A DNA stretch of 64,000 nt from Pristiophorus japonicus (taxonomy: Eukaryota), in contig NC_092006.1 of assembly GCF_044704955.1 (NCBI RefSeq), positions 806,001-870,000 on the forward strand, read 5' to 3'. Every line of letters starts with the position of its first letter. The stretch's first letter is position 1. Under the pieces are notes generated by a model. It saw only the letters and a list, made by a program, of their open reading frames with translations, ran no database searches and was not told where the DNA came from. Shown here piece by piece: positions 33,968-45,831 of this stretch. Both the position numbers and the translations under genes were made by a program.

Positions 33968-34690
33968 TGTACCCACCAGTACTGTACCCCAGTGTTATAC
34001 AGTGACAGACCTGTACCCACCAGTACTGTACCCCAGTGTTATACAGCGACAGACCTGTACCCACCTGTACTGTACCCCAGTTATACAGTGACAGACCTGT
34101 ACCCACCAGTACTGTACTCCAGTGTTATACAGTGACAGACCTGTACCCACCAGTACTGTACCCCAGTGTTATACAGTGACAGACCTGTACCCACCAGTAC
34201 TGTACCCCAGTGTTATACAATGAGACCTGTACCCACCAGTACTGTACCCCAGTGTAATACAGTGACAGACCTGTACCCACCAGTACTGTACCCCAGTGTA
34301 ATACAGTGACAGACCTGTACCCACCAGTACTGTACCACAGTGTTATACAGCAACAGACCTGTACCCACCTGTACTGTACCCCAGTGTTATACAGTGACAG
34401 ACCTGTATGCAACTGTATTGTACCCCAGTGTTATACAGTGACAGACCTATATCCACCAGTACTGTACCCCAGTGTTATACAGTGACAGACCTGTACCCAC
34501 CAGTACTGTACCCCAGTGTTATACAGTGACAGACCTGTACCCACCAGTACTGTACCCCAGTGTTATACAGTGACAGACCTGTACCCACCAGTACTGTATC
34601 CCAGTGTTATACAGTGACAGACCTGTACCCACCAGTACTGCACTCTGGTGCTATAGTGAAATCTGTACCCATCAGTACTGCAGCGTGTTA
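33968..34690. repeat. 44-bp minisatellite (CTGTACCCACCAGTACTGTACCCCAGTGTTATACAGTGACAGAC), ~15-16 copies
   Basis: Direct tandem repetition in CHTOP intron 1. Confidence 0.95.
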
Positions 34691-34796
34691 CAGCTCAAAA
34701 CCCTCACTAGACACTATATAAGTTTGGAAGGACAGTGCTGGAGTTATTTCTCCTGTAGCCAATGCTGGATCAACCAAGACAGGCAGAAAGAAAAGA

Positions 34797-34932
34797 TGAG
34801 ACAAAAACAAAATACTGCAGATACTGGAATCTGAAATAAAAGCAGAAAATGCTGGAAATCGCAATGGGTCAGGCAGCATCTGTGGAGAGAGAAACAGAGT
34901 TAACGTTTCAGGTCGATGACCCTTCGTCAGAA
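34797..34932 (-). mobile_element. Penelope-like element pseudo-LTR fragment with a minimal hammerhead ribozyme motif
   Basis: Minus strand TTCTGACGAAGGGTCATCGACCTGAAACGTTAACTCTG = CUGANGA, stem II, GAAA, palindromic AACGTT. Confidence 0.65.
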
Positions 34933-35817
34933 AAGACAAGAACTTTGTGGCTTTTTTCTTTTGCCAATTTCTCATCTCTTTCTCACCCACGTGCCTCTTC
35001 TGACAGTATCAGCAGTGGGGCAAGAATGTAGGAGAATCACAGCTGAGCCTGTCCTCACGCATGTCCACATCAGACTCTCCAACAGGATGCAATGGACAGC
35101 AATCTATTCTCAGGGACATTAATGCCAATCATAATGCCAACACTGCCAGCTAAGATCACTAATTCAGCATAGACCGAGAACCATGACTGCATCTGTAGGG
35201 TGCTCTGTATAGCTTAATGATAACCTGAGCGGTAGTCTTACCCACCAACCCAACATGGATGATGCAGGTTATAAATAACATTTGCAGAGTGATATAGACT
35301 TTGCTGCAAGACCACTTGTGTATAGGTGGTTCCCCCTTTTGTCAACTTTATGCCATGCGTCTCCAAAACGCAATCGGAAATAGTAACCTGGGCTCAGAGC
35401 TCCGAGAAACCCCTCCAACGTTGCTTAAGCAATATGTTTGCTGTCAATCAAAGAAAAAATCAGTACGATATAAGCCAGCTCACGGAGAGAAATGGAATCA
35501 ATTACTTTAAAAGGGCTGACTGCATCAAAAGGTGACCAAGACACAGAGACTCCCCCAAATTCCTGGGCCCGGCTGTGGAACTAGGTTTTGAGTGAATTAT
35601 AACCCAACATTTCCATGCAGTAAAACTGTAGTAGCGTTTCAGTAAAAGTGCAAAATCTTTACACCATATCCATTCGAATGGAGAAAAAATCCAGTAGAAA
35701 TACAAATTTTCATTTATCCTTCTGAACTCAAGCTGTGCCTGGAGAACGCATTCTGAGCTAAATAACATTCGGGTAAAGTACTGGTGATGGGAACCAAGGG
35801 AGCAATTTGAGGAAGAC

Positions 35818-35962
35818 AGACAGACTTGCATTTCTATAGCACCTTTCACGACCACCGGACGTCTCAAAGTGTTTTACAGCCGATGAAGTACTTTTGCAGT
35901 GTAGTCACTGTTGTAATGTGGGAAACGCAGCAGCCAATTTGCACACAGCAAGCTCCCACAAA
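35818..35962 (-). mobile_element. DeuSINE-type SINE 3' tail
   Basis: ACTTGCATTTCTATAGCACCTTT...GTCACTGTTGTAATG..GGAAACGCAGCAGCCAATTTGCAC, homologous to ~14500-14590. Confidence 0.7.
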
Positions 35963-36769
35963 GGAGGAGCTTGATTAAGACAATCACACGTTAGCGTATT
36001 GGCTTCAGTGCGATTTATTCACCTTCAGTAAATGGATATAAATGCAGAGCTCAGTGAAAACACTATATTGAGCACATGTTCCACCTCTCCACTCTCACAT
36101 CCCTCCTTACAGCCCATTTCACTTCAACTCTGTCAAGAGCCTAGAAGCACACTATCACAAGGCTGTAACAGGATGTAGAGACATATACGGAAATACTTTT
36201 AAAACATAATGGTTAGAGAAAGTACAGAATTTTAAAAGTTGGAAGTCTTTAAAAACTAATCCCCAATTCATCACTGCCTCAAATATCTGCCTAATTCTCC
36301 CTTAAATGTTTCCACACCATCACTCTCCCTTGACGTTCCATACGTTTGCCACACACCACATGCAGCAGCTGAATCTGCACTGTCTGGGCACACTCCCTCT
36401 TCTAAGCTTGAGCCCATGTCCCTAATCACAGAATTTAAAGCCGCCTCAAATCATATTATTGGGGGTCGAGTTATTTATTCCCTCAAGAATCTTGAATATT
36501 TAAATAATCTCTCCCCACAGTAAACATCACCAGGCTTTTCAGTCACTCCCCATAGCTCAGGATGCTTTCAGCTAGGCACCTTATTGGTAGCACCCTTCTA
36601 TGCTGCCTCCATCCTTAGATATCCTTGTTGTAGCATTATTGTACACAATACTGTCAGCACCTTGCACAGATTCTTGCTGGTGTTTTGTGCTCCATGCTCT
36701 TGGCTTCTTATTCTAAGATCTCATTGAAACTCAGCACGCAAGTGCAAAAGAAAAGGCTGAAGCGTTTGC

Positions 36770-38450
36770 AACCATCTTCAGCCAGAAGTGCCAAGTGGAT
36801 GATCCATATCGGCCTCCTCCTGAGGTCCCCACCATCACAGAAGCCAGCCTTCAGCCAATTCGATTCACTCCACGTGATAGCAAGAAACAGCTGAACGCAC
36901 TGGATACAGCAAAGGCTATGGTCCCCGACAACATCCCGCCCCTTTGATGAAGACTTATGCTCCAGAACTAGCCGCACCTCTAGCAAAGCTGTTCCAGTAC
37001 AGCTACAACACTGGCATCTATCCGACAATGTGGAAAACTGCCCAGGTACGTCCTGTCCACAAAAAGCAGGACCAATTACTGCCCTGTTAATCTACTCTCA
37101 ATCATCAGCAAAGTGATGGAAGGTGTCGTCAACAATGCCATCAAGCAGCACTTACTCAAATAACCTGCTCACCGATGCCCAGTTTGGGTTCTGCCAGGAC
37201 CTCTCGGCTCCAGACCTCATTACAACCTTGATCCAAACATGGACAAAAGAGCTGAATTCCAGAGGTGAGGAGAGAGTGAGTACCCTCGACATCAAGGCAG
37301 CATTTGACCGAGTGTGGCATCAAGGAGCCCTAGTAAAACTGAAGTCAATGGGAATCAGGGGGAAAACTCTCCACTGGCTGGAGTCATACCTAGCTCAAAG
37401 GAAGATGGTTGTGATGGTTGGAGGTCAATCATCTCAGCCCCAGGACATTGCCAGGGGTTCTTCAGGGCAGTGTCCTAGGCCCAACCACCTTTAGTTGCTT
37501 CATCAATGACCTTCCTTCCATCATAAGGTCAGGTCAGAAGTGGGGATGTTCGCTACTGACTGCAAAGTGTTCAGTTCCATTCGCAATTCCTCAGATAATG
37601 GAACAGTCCATGCCCGCATGCAGCAAGACCTGGACAACATTCAAGCTTGGGCTAATAAGTGGCAAGTAACATTCGTGCCACACAAGTGCCAGGCAATGAC
37701 CATCTCCAACAAGGGAGTCTAATCACCGTCCCTTAACATTCAATGGCATTACCATCGTCAAATCCCCTGCCATCAACATACTGGGGGGTCACCATTGACC
37801 AGAAACTTAACAGGACCAGCCACATAAATACTGTGGCAACAAAAGCTGGTCAGAGGCTGAGTATTCTGTGGCAAGTGTCTCACCTCCTGACTCCCCAAAG
37901 CTTTTCCACCATCTACAAGGCACAAGTCAGGCGTGTGATAGAATACTCCCCACTTGCCTGGATGAGCGAAGCTCCAACAACACTCAAGAAGCTCGACACC
38001 ATCCAGGACAAAGCAACCCACTTGATTGGCACCCCATCCACCACCTTAAACAGCCACTCCCTCTACCACCGGCGTACCGTGGCTGAAGAGTATACCATCT
38101 ATAAGATGCACTGTAGCAACTCGCCAAGGCTTCTTTGATAGCACCTCCCAAACCCGCGACCTCTACCACCTAGAAGGACAAGGGCAGCAAGCACATGGGA
38201 ACACCACCTCCACGTTCCCCTCCAAGTCACACACCATCCTGATTTGGAAGCATATCGCCGTTCCTTCATCGTCGCTGTGTCAAAATCCTGGAACTCCCTC
38301 CCTAACAGCAGTGTGGGATTACAATCACCACACAGACTGCAGCGGTTCAAGAAGGGGGCTCACCACCACCTTCTCAAGGGCAATTAGGGATGGACAATAA
38401 ATACTGGCCTTGCCAGCAACGCCGACGTCCCACGAATGAATTAAAAAAAA
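36770..38450 (+). mobile_element. 5'-truncated CR1-group LINE, same family as 446-1955
   Basis: LLTDAQFGF, LDIKAAFDRVWHQG, GSVLGP, TIYKAQVRRVIEYSPLAW with frameshifts; tail ATGAATTAAAAAAAA. Confidence 0.9.
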
Positions 38451-38459
38451 TATATATCA

Positions 38460-38805
38460 TTCTTAAAAGGCTTGACAGGGCGGATGTTTGCCCCGGCTGG
38501 GGAGTCTAAAACTAGGGGTCAGTCTCAGAATAAGGGGTCAGCCATTTAGGATTGAGACAAGAAGAAATTTATTCAAAGGGTTGGGAATCTTTGGAATTCT
38601 CTGCCCCAGTGAGCTGTGGATGCTTGGCCGTTGAGTATATTCAAGACCGAGGTCGATAGATTTTTGGATACTATGGGAATCAAGGTATATGGGGATAGTG
38701 CAGGAAGATAGAATTGAGGTAAAAGATTAGTCATGATCTTATTAAATGGCGGAGGAGCAGAATCGAAGATCTAAATGGCTGACTCCAACTCCTATTTCTT
38801 ATATT
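38460..38805 (+). mobile_element. CR1 3'-end fragment
   Basis: Homologous to 4822-5133. Confidence 0.8.
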
Positions 38806-39284
38806 TTTAATAATGCTAAGTTTCCAAACAGCTGCTGCACACTGCACCTGTTGGGTTTCAGTGAGCTACCACTGAAATTTCCAGATTCCTCTCCTGTTAT
38901 TTTCTGTTGGGGTTCAAATACATACTCAACAAAAACGTGAGGATAAGTCACTAACATGGTTTCAAAGTTTACCCAAATTGTTTAAAAAGTTTCTCAAGTT
39001 GATTAAAAGTTTAAAAGTAGATTAAAAGTCTAAAATGTAAGTCAGTAGTAGGTTACTCCCCTGGCACTGCTCCATGGGCACTGCCAGCCCTCTGTTGTCC
39101 TGGGCCGGCCACGGAGTCCCTTCGGCCGGTTAGACATCGGCCACGGAGTCCCTTCGGCCATGTGTACCAACGGATCCATTACAGACCCACATCTGGACCG
39201 GGGTCAAACAGGGCTGCGCCATCGCTCCAACCCTCTTAATCTTCCTCGCTGCCATGCCTGACCTCAGTCAACAAACTCCCCGCT

Positions 39285-40378
39285 GGAGTGGAACTAAACT
39301 AAATAACCAATGGGAAGTTGTTTAACCTACACCGCCTCCAGGCCAGGTCCAAGATCACCCCAACCTCTGTCGTTGAGCTGCAATACGCAGACGACGCCTG
39401 TGTCTGCGCACAGAGGCTGAACTCCAGGATATAGTCGATGTATTTACTAAAGCATATGAAAGCATGGGCCTTACGCTAAACATCCGTAAGACAAATGTCC
39501 TCCACCAGCCTGTCACCACCGCACAGCACTGCACCCCCCAGTCATCAAGATCCACGGCACGGCCCTCGACAACGTGGACCATTTCCCATACCTCGGGAGC
39601 CTCTCATCAACAAAAGCACACATTGATGTGGCGATTCAACACCGCCTCCAGTGCGCCAGTGCAGCCATCGACCGCCTGAGGAAAAGAGTGTTTGAAGACC
39701 AGGCCCTCAAATCTACCACCAAGCTCATGGTCTATAGTTCTGTAGTAATACTCGCCCTCCTGTATGGCTGAGAAGCATGGACCATGTACAGTAGACACCT
39801 CAAGTCGCTTGAGAAATACCAACGATGTCTCCGCAAGATCCTGCAAATCCCCTGGGAGGACAGCCGCACCAACATCAGTGTCCTCGACCAGGCCAACATC
39901 CCCAGCACTGACCACATTCGATCAGCTCTGCTGGGCAGGCTACATAGTTCGCATGCCAGACACGAGACTCCCAAAGCAAGTGCTCTGTGCGGAGCTCCTT
40001 CACGGCAAACGAACCAAAGGTGAGCAGCGGAAACGTTACAAGGACACCTCAAAGCATCCCGGATAAAGTGCGACATCACCACTGACACCTGGGAGTCCCT
40101 GGCCAAAGACCGCCCGGTGGAGAAAGTGCATTCAGGAGGGCGTTGAGCACTTCGAGAGTCTCAACGCCGAGAGCGTGAAGAGGTTAAGCGGAGGCAGCGG
40201 AAGGAGCGTGCAGTAAACCAGTCTCACCGACCCCTTCCCTCAGTGACTGTCTATCCCACCTGTGACAGAGTCTCTGGCTCTCGTATTGGACTGTTCAGCC
40301 ACCAAAGAACTCACTTGAGTGGAAGCAAGTCTTCCTCGATTCCGAGGGACTGCCTATGATGATGATGATGATGATGAA
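39285..40378 (+). mobile_element. 5'-truncated RTE-clade LINE
   Basis: ELQYADDACV, MGLTLNIRKT, HFPYLGS, RLRKRVF, LRKILQIPWED, RMPDTRLPKQ; (GAT)n tail at ~40357-40378. Confidence 0.9.
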
Positions 40379-40945
40379 CATTGTTTAAAGAAAAAGCACG
40401 CTGGATCCTAGGTTTTATAATTAGGGGTTTAGAGTACTAACTGGAAGTAATACTACAGCTGCACAAATCATTAGTTAGGCCACTGCTAGAATATGGCGTC
40501 CATTTTGGACATCCTATCGAGAGGGTGTACATTAATGCCTTTCAAACGGGAGATTTCTGGATCATGGGGGACAAGGTCAACATATTTCTGTACTGTTGAA
40601 TTACGACTGTGTGACTGTTGCCGAAACTTATCTCCAGAAACATAGAAATAGAGTTCTTGGGATTTACACTGACAGCCATAAGTTATGTCTGTGGGAAAGA
40701 AATCAATACTTTTATTCAGAAACCAAAGTGGCCTCGTCAGTATGTATAGACTGAGACTGTGGGACAGATGATCTCGAGCCATTCAGGGAAATGGATGGAT
40801 GCAAGAAAATACACTTTGCACGGCAAGAGACATGGAACACACAGGCCACGCTGCACCTGAGCGAACAGACTGGTTATAGCTAAAGTACTAACCTTTCATC
40901 AGACCCAATTCAGTTGAAGGGTTATACCTGAAACATGAACTTGTG

Positions 40946-41727
40946 TCCACTTTGGGGGAAAAAACACGAAGGCAGAATATTATCTGAATGGCGGCAGATT
41001 AGGAAAAGGGGAGGTGAAACGAGACCTGGGTGTCATGGTACATCAGTCATTGAAAGTTGGCATGCAGGTACAGCAGGCGGTGAAGAAAGCAAATGGTATG
41101 TTGGCCTTCATAGCTAGGGGATTTGAGTATAGGAGCAGGGAGGTCTTACTGCAGTTGTACAGGGCCTTGGTGAGGCCTCACCTGAAATATTGTGTTCAGT
41201 TTTGGTCTCCTAATCTGAGGAAGGACGTTCTTGCTATTGAGGGAGTGCAGCGAAGGTTCACCAGACTGATTCCCGGGATGGTTGGACTGTCGTGTGAGGA
41301 GACTGGATCAACTGGGCCTTTATATACTGGAGTTTAGAAGGACGAGAGGGGATCTCATAGAAACGTAAGATTCTGATGGGACTGGACAGGTTAGATGCGG
41401 GAAGAATGTTCCCGATGTTGGGGAAGTCCAGAACCAGGGGACACAGTCTTAGGATAAGGGGTAGGCCATTTAGGACTGAGATGAGGAAAAACTTCTTCAC
41501 TCAGAGTTGTTAACCTGTGGAATTCCCTGCCGCAGAGAGTTGTTGATGACAGTTCATTGGATATATTCAAGAGGGAGTTAGATACGGCCCTTACAGCTAA
41601 AGGGATCAAGGGGTATGGAGAGAAAGCAGGAAAGGGGTACTGAGGGAATGATCAGCCATGATCTCATTGAATGGTGGTGCAGGCTCGAAGGGCCGAATGG
41701 CCTACTCCTGCACCTATTTTCTATATT
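40946..41727 (+). mobile_element. 5'-truncated CR1, same family as the intact copy
   Basis: RDLGVMVHQSLKVGMQVQQAVKKANGMLAFIARGFEY; tail CTATTTTCTATATTTCT. Confidence 0.93.
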
Positions 41728-42009
41728 TCTCTCCAGATGCTGGCTGACCTGTGTTTCACATTTCCACAACCTGCAGTCTTTTTGACTTTGTTTTTAATGA
41801 TAAGAAAAGTGCGATCCAGTGGGATAAAAAGCAGTTCTGAAGCAAGTCAAACTCAGAAGCAAACTGCCACTCACATTACCCATAGACTGAATCTACCAAG
41901 AAATAAAGCAGTCTATTTCACTGAAAAATACCGCCATTCATCGGAGTCTCGGAACACCGGCCAAAGAAGGAGTCATCCCTATTGTGCTTATCTTTCTATA
42001 CCTTTAAAA

Positions 42010-43445
42010 ATTAGTTCCTGGGTCATGGGTGTCGCCGATAAGGTTAACATTTATTGCCCATCGCTAATTGTCCTCGAGATGGTGAGCCACCTTCTTGAAC
42101 CGCTGCAGTCCGTGTGGTGAAGGTGCTCCCACAGTGCTGTTCGGGAGGCAGTTCCAGGATTGTGAGCCAGCAACGATAAAGGAACAGCACTACATTTCCA
42201 AGTCAGGATGGCGTGTAACTTGCAAGTGATGGTGTTCCACGCGCCTGCTGCCCTTGTCCTTCCAGGTGGTAGAGGTTGCAGGATTGGGAGGTGGTACCGA
42301 AGAAGCCTTGGCGAGTTGCTGCAGTGCATCTTGTAGCTGGTACACACTGCAGCCACGATGCACCATGTCAGTGTGAATGTTTAAGGTGGCAGATGGGGTG
42401 CCAATCAAGCGGGTTGCTTTATCCTGGATGGTGTCGAGCTTCTTGAGTATTGCTGGCACTGTACTCATCCAAGCAAGGAGAGAGTATTCCATTACACTCC
42501 TGACTTGAGTATTGTAGATGGTGGAAAAGCTTTGTGGAGTCAGGAGGTGAGACACTCGCCGCAGAATACCCAGCCTCTGACCTGCTCTTGTTGCCACAGT
42601 AGTTTTGTGGCAGGTGAAGTTAGTTTTCTGGTCAATGGTGACCCCCAGGATGTGGGAGACTCAGCGATGGTAATCCAGTTGGGGAGTCATGGGTCATGGG
42701 GAAGTGGCTGGACTCTCTTTTTGGAATTGGTCATTGCCTGGCACTTGTGCAATGTGGATGTTGATTGCCACTGATCAGCCCAAGAATGAATGTTGTCCAG
42801 GTCTTATCCGATTCATTATTTCAGGAGTCGCGAATGGAACTGAACACTGTGCAGTCATTAGTGAACATCCCCACTTCTGACCTTATGATGAAGGGAAGGT
42901 CATTGATGAAGCAGCTGAAGATGGTTGGGCCTTGGACACTGCCCTGAGGAATTCCTCCAACCACCACAACCACGTCCTTCATGCTAGGGCTCCAGCCAGT
43001 GGAGAGTCCCCGCCAGCCGCCTGATTTTCATTGACTCCAATTTTACTAGGGCTCCTTGATGCCACACTTGGTCAAATGCTGCCTCGATGACAAGGGCAGT
43101 CACTCTGGCATTCAGCTCGTTCGTCCATGTTTGGACCAAGGCAGTAATGATGTCTGGAGCCGAGTGGTCCTGGCGGAACCCAAACGAACCATAGATGAGC
43201 AGCTCATTGGTGAGCAAGTGTCACTTGATATCACTTTGCTGATGAGTGAGAGTAGACTGATGGAGCGGTAATTGGCCGGATTGAATTTGTCATGTTTTTT
43301 TGCACAAGACGTACCTGGGCAGTTTTCCACCTTATCGGGTAGATGCCAGTGTTGTCGCTATACTGGAACAGCATGGCTTGAGGCGCGGCTGGTTCTGATC
43401 TTCAGTACAACAGCCGGGATGTTGTTGGGGCCCATAACCTTTGCG
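42010..43445 (-). mobile_element. 5'-truncated CR1-group LINE, same family as 446-1955
   Basis: NPANYRSISLLS, FGFRQDHSAPDIITALVQTW, AGQRLGILRRVSHLL. Confidence 0.88.
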
Positions 43446-43799
43446 GTAATCATACTCCATATAAAATTTGACCGAGTATTTTAGCTTATATGCACTGGTC
43501 TGTCAGCCTTTCATAAGCATGTGGTAGGCACCTTGTACTGTCCAATAGTTTCACTGTGAAACATGGGCCCTGAGATCCATTGTGTGGCAAGTACAAGAAA
43601 AAAATATTACTTCAAAGATCACTAACTCTATTTAAAACAAAAATAGCCATTTGGCTGTGAACAGGTCAAAAGAACTGGGGAAACCCAAAATAAGTTTATT
43701 TCTATTTCTGTACCTGATGAAATCACCAATATCTACAAGCAGCTAAACCCTACTTTAGGAGTAAAAAGAAAACCTCTAGGAATGTGTCAGTATTTACTT

Positions 43800-44005
43800 G
43801 CCAACCCCCCACACCGCACCCCCGCCCTCATACTAACCCCATCAACCCTCCCCCCACAGTAACCCCACCAACCCCCCATACACACTAACCCCACCAATCC
43901 CCTCCCCCCACACTAACCCCACCAACCCCCTCCCCCCACAATAACCCCACCAATCCCCTCCCCCCACACTAACCCTACCAATCCCCCACACACACTAACC
44001 CCACC
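43800..44005. repeat. C-rich ~26-30-bp repeat (CACTAACCCCACCAATCCCCTCCCCC)
   Basis: Imperfect tandem copies; G-rich on the CHTOP sense strand. Confidence 0.8.
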
Positions 44006-44007
44006 AG

Positions 44008-44928
44008 ACCCCTGCCCCGGGGTCTGGGCTGACCCGGGGAGCGGGCTCCTTGCCCCGGGGTCTGGGCCCCTTGCCCCGGGGTCTGGGCTCCTTGCCCCGG
44101 GGAGCGGACTCCTTGCCCCGGGGTCTGGGCTGACCCGGGGTCTGGGCCCCTTGCCCCGGGGTCTAGGCTGACCCGGGGTCTGGGCCCCTTGCCCCGGGGT
44201 CTAGGCTGACCCGGGGTCTGGGCTCCTTGCCCCGGGGTCTGGGCTCCTTGCCCCGGGGTCCGGGCTCCTTGCCCCGGGGAGTGGGCCCCTTGCCCCGGGG
44301 TCCGGGCCCCTTGCCCCGGGGTCCGGGCTCCTTGCCCCGGGGAGCGGGCTCCTTGCCCCGGGGTCTGGGCTGACCCTGGGTCTGGGCTCCTTGCCCCGGG
44401 GTCCGGGCTCCTTGCCCCGGGGTCTGGGCTGACCCGGGGTCTGTGCTCCTTGCCCCGGGGTCTGGGCTGACCCGGGGTCTGGGCCCCTTGCCCCGGGGTC
44501 CGGGCTCCTTGCCCCGGGGTCTGGGCCCCTTGCCCCGGGGTCTGGGCCCCTTGCCCCGGGGTCTGTGCTCCTTGCCCCGGGGTCTGTGCTCCTTGCCCCG
44601 GGGTCCGGGCTGACCCGGGGTCTGGGCTCCTTGCCCCGGGGTCTGGGCCCCTTGCCCCGGGGTCTGTGCTCCTTGCCCCGGGGTCCGGGCTGACCCGGGG
44701 TCTGGGCTCCTTGCCCCGGGGTCTGGGCCCCTTGCCCCGGGGTCTGGGCTCCTTGCCCCGGGGTCTGGGCCCCTTGCCCCGGGGTCTGGGCTCCTTGCCC
44801 CGGGGTCTGGGCCCCTTGCCCCGGGGTCCGGGCACCTTGCCCCGGGGAGTGGGCCCCTTGCCCCGGGGTCTGGGCACCTTGCCCCGGGGTCTGGGCCCCT
44901 TGCCCCGGGGTCTGGGCCCCTTGCCCCG
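44008..44928. repeat. GC-rich 21-bp (and 18-bp variant) minisatellite CCTTGCCCCGGGGTCTGGGCY, >40 units
   Basis: Direct tandem repetition with an internal CCCCGGGG palindrome. Confidence 0.95.
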
Positions 44929-45350
44929 GTCTAACGGCCATTCTCCCGGTTTTTTTGGCGGATTTTTCCCGCGCTGTAACAAAATGGCGGCGGGCGGGAT
45001 AAAATGGCGGCGCCGGCCCGCGCGGCGACCGTTAAACGGCCGGAGCCCGGGAGCGGGGGGGCGGGGAGCGGCCGCTCGGACAGGCCCGGCCCACCCGAGG
45101 CCTCCGCACTGTCGCCGCTCCGGGCTCGGCCCCCTCCGCCTGGCGAGGCCGGGGATGAGCCGCCAGGACTAGGCCGCGAGCATCTGACGGAGGGGAGGGC
45201 GGACATTGGGCCGACAGCACAATATTTGGCCGTTTGCGAGCGCGGATTGAAGGAAAGCTTTACCCGCCCGGCCCGGCCCGGCCCGGGGCTCCCGCTCCCG
45301 CTCCGCCTCGTATTGTATTGTTTTGTTGGGAGAACAAGCCCAACACTCAC

Positions 45351-45440
45351 CTGCAATGGGCAGAGCGGCGCCATACTGCCTCTGCCGGAGCTGCACAGCA
45401 GAGTCCATTCGGCCGAGTGAGAAGCAACCCGATCCCGCGG
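45351..45440 (-). other. CHTOP: CHTOP exon 1 (5'UTR; start approximate)
   Basis: Consensus donor CAG|GTGAGT in the nearest CpG island upstream of exon 2. Confidence 0.7.
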
Positions 45441-45460
45441 CGTCAACGGCGGCGGCGGGC

Positions 45461-45655
45461 CTGGTCACGTGGGGCGGCTGCTGTCAATCAAATCGGCGCG
45501 GGTGGGCGGGTCCTCTGGTCACGTGGGGCGGCTGCTGTCAATCAAATCGGCGCGGGTGGGCGGGTCCTCTGGTCACGTGGGGCGACGCCTGTCAATCAAA
45601 TCGGGGCGGGTGGGCGGGTCCTCTGGTCACGTGGGGCGACGCCTGTCGATCAAGC
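45461..45655. repeat. 54-bp promoter tandem repeat (~3.6 copies), each with a GTCACGTG E-box and GC-box-like sequence
   Basis: GTCACGTG at 45464, 45518, 45572 and 45626 (exact period 54). Confidence 0.95.
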
Positions 45656-45690
45656 CTGATCAGCTGATCCAGGCTGAGGGTTCCCTGCAG
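45640..45690 (+). other. GBA1: Putative GBA1 non-coding exon 1 (start approximate)
   Basis: Donor CAG|GTAACA immediately after the E-box repeat; exon 50236-50340 has an acceptor and so needs an upstream exon. Confidence 0.55.
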
Positions 45691-45831
45691 GTAACAGGCC
45701 GGGCTGGCTGTGCTGGGTTTTCTCGCAAAAACAGTGTAATTCATGGATGCCATTCCTAAAATAGGAATAAAAAGGGGAACTTTACTTATTTAGTGGCCTT
45801 TGTATTGGGTGAGGAAGGCTGGCTTTGCAGC

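Larger units (their letters stand above)
44930..45720. promoter_or_regulatory. Bidirectional CpG-island promoter shared by CHTOP (-) and GBA1 (+)
   Basis: Dense CpG; YY1-type AAAATGGCGGC at 44981 and 45001; divergent donors at 45350 (-) and 45691 (+); four GTCACGTG E-boxes. Confidence 0.85.

Noticed and set aside
39106-39160. Short direct duplication CGGCCACGGAGTCCCTTCGGCC near the RTE 5' end
   Set aside because: Only two copies, does not flank an element as a TSD, and no function can be supported.
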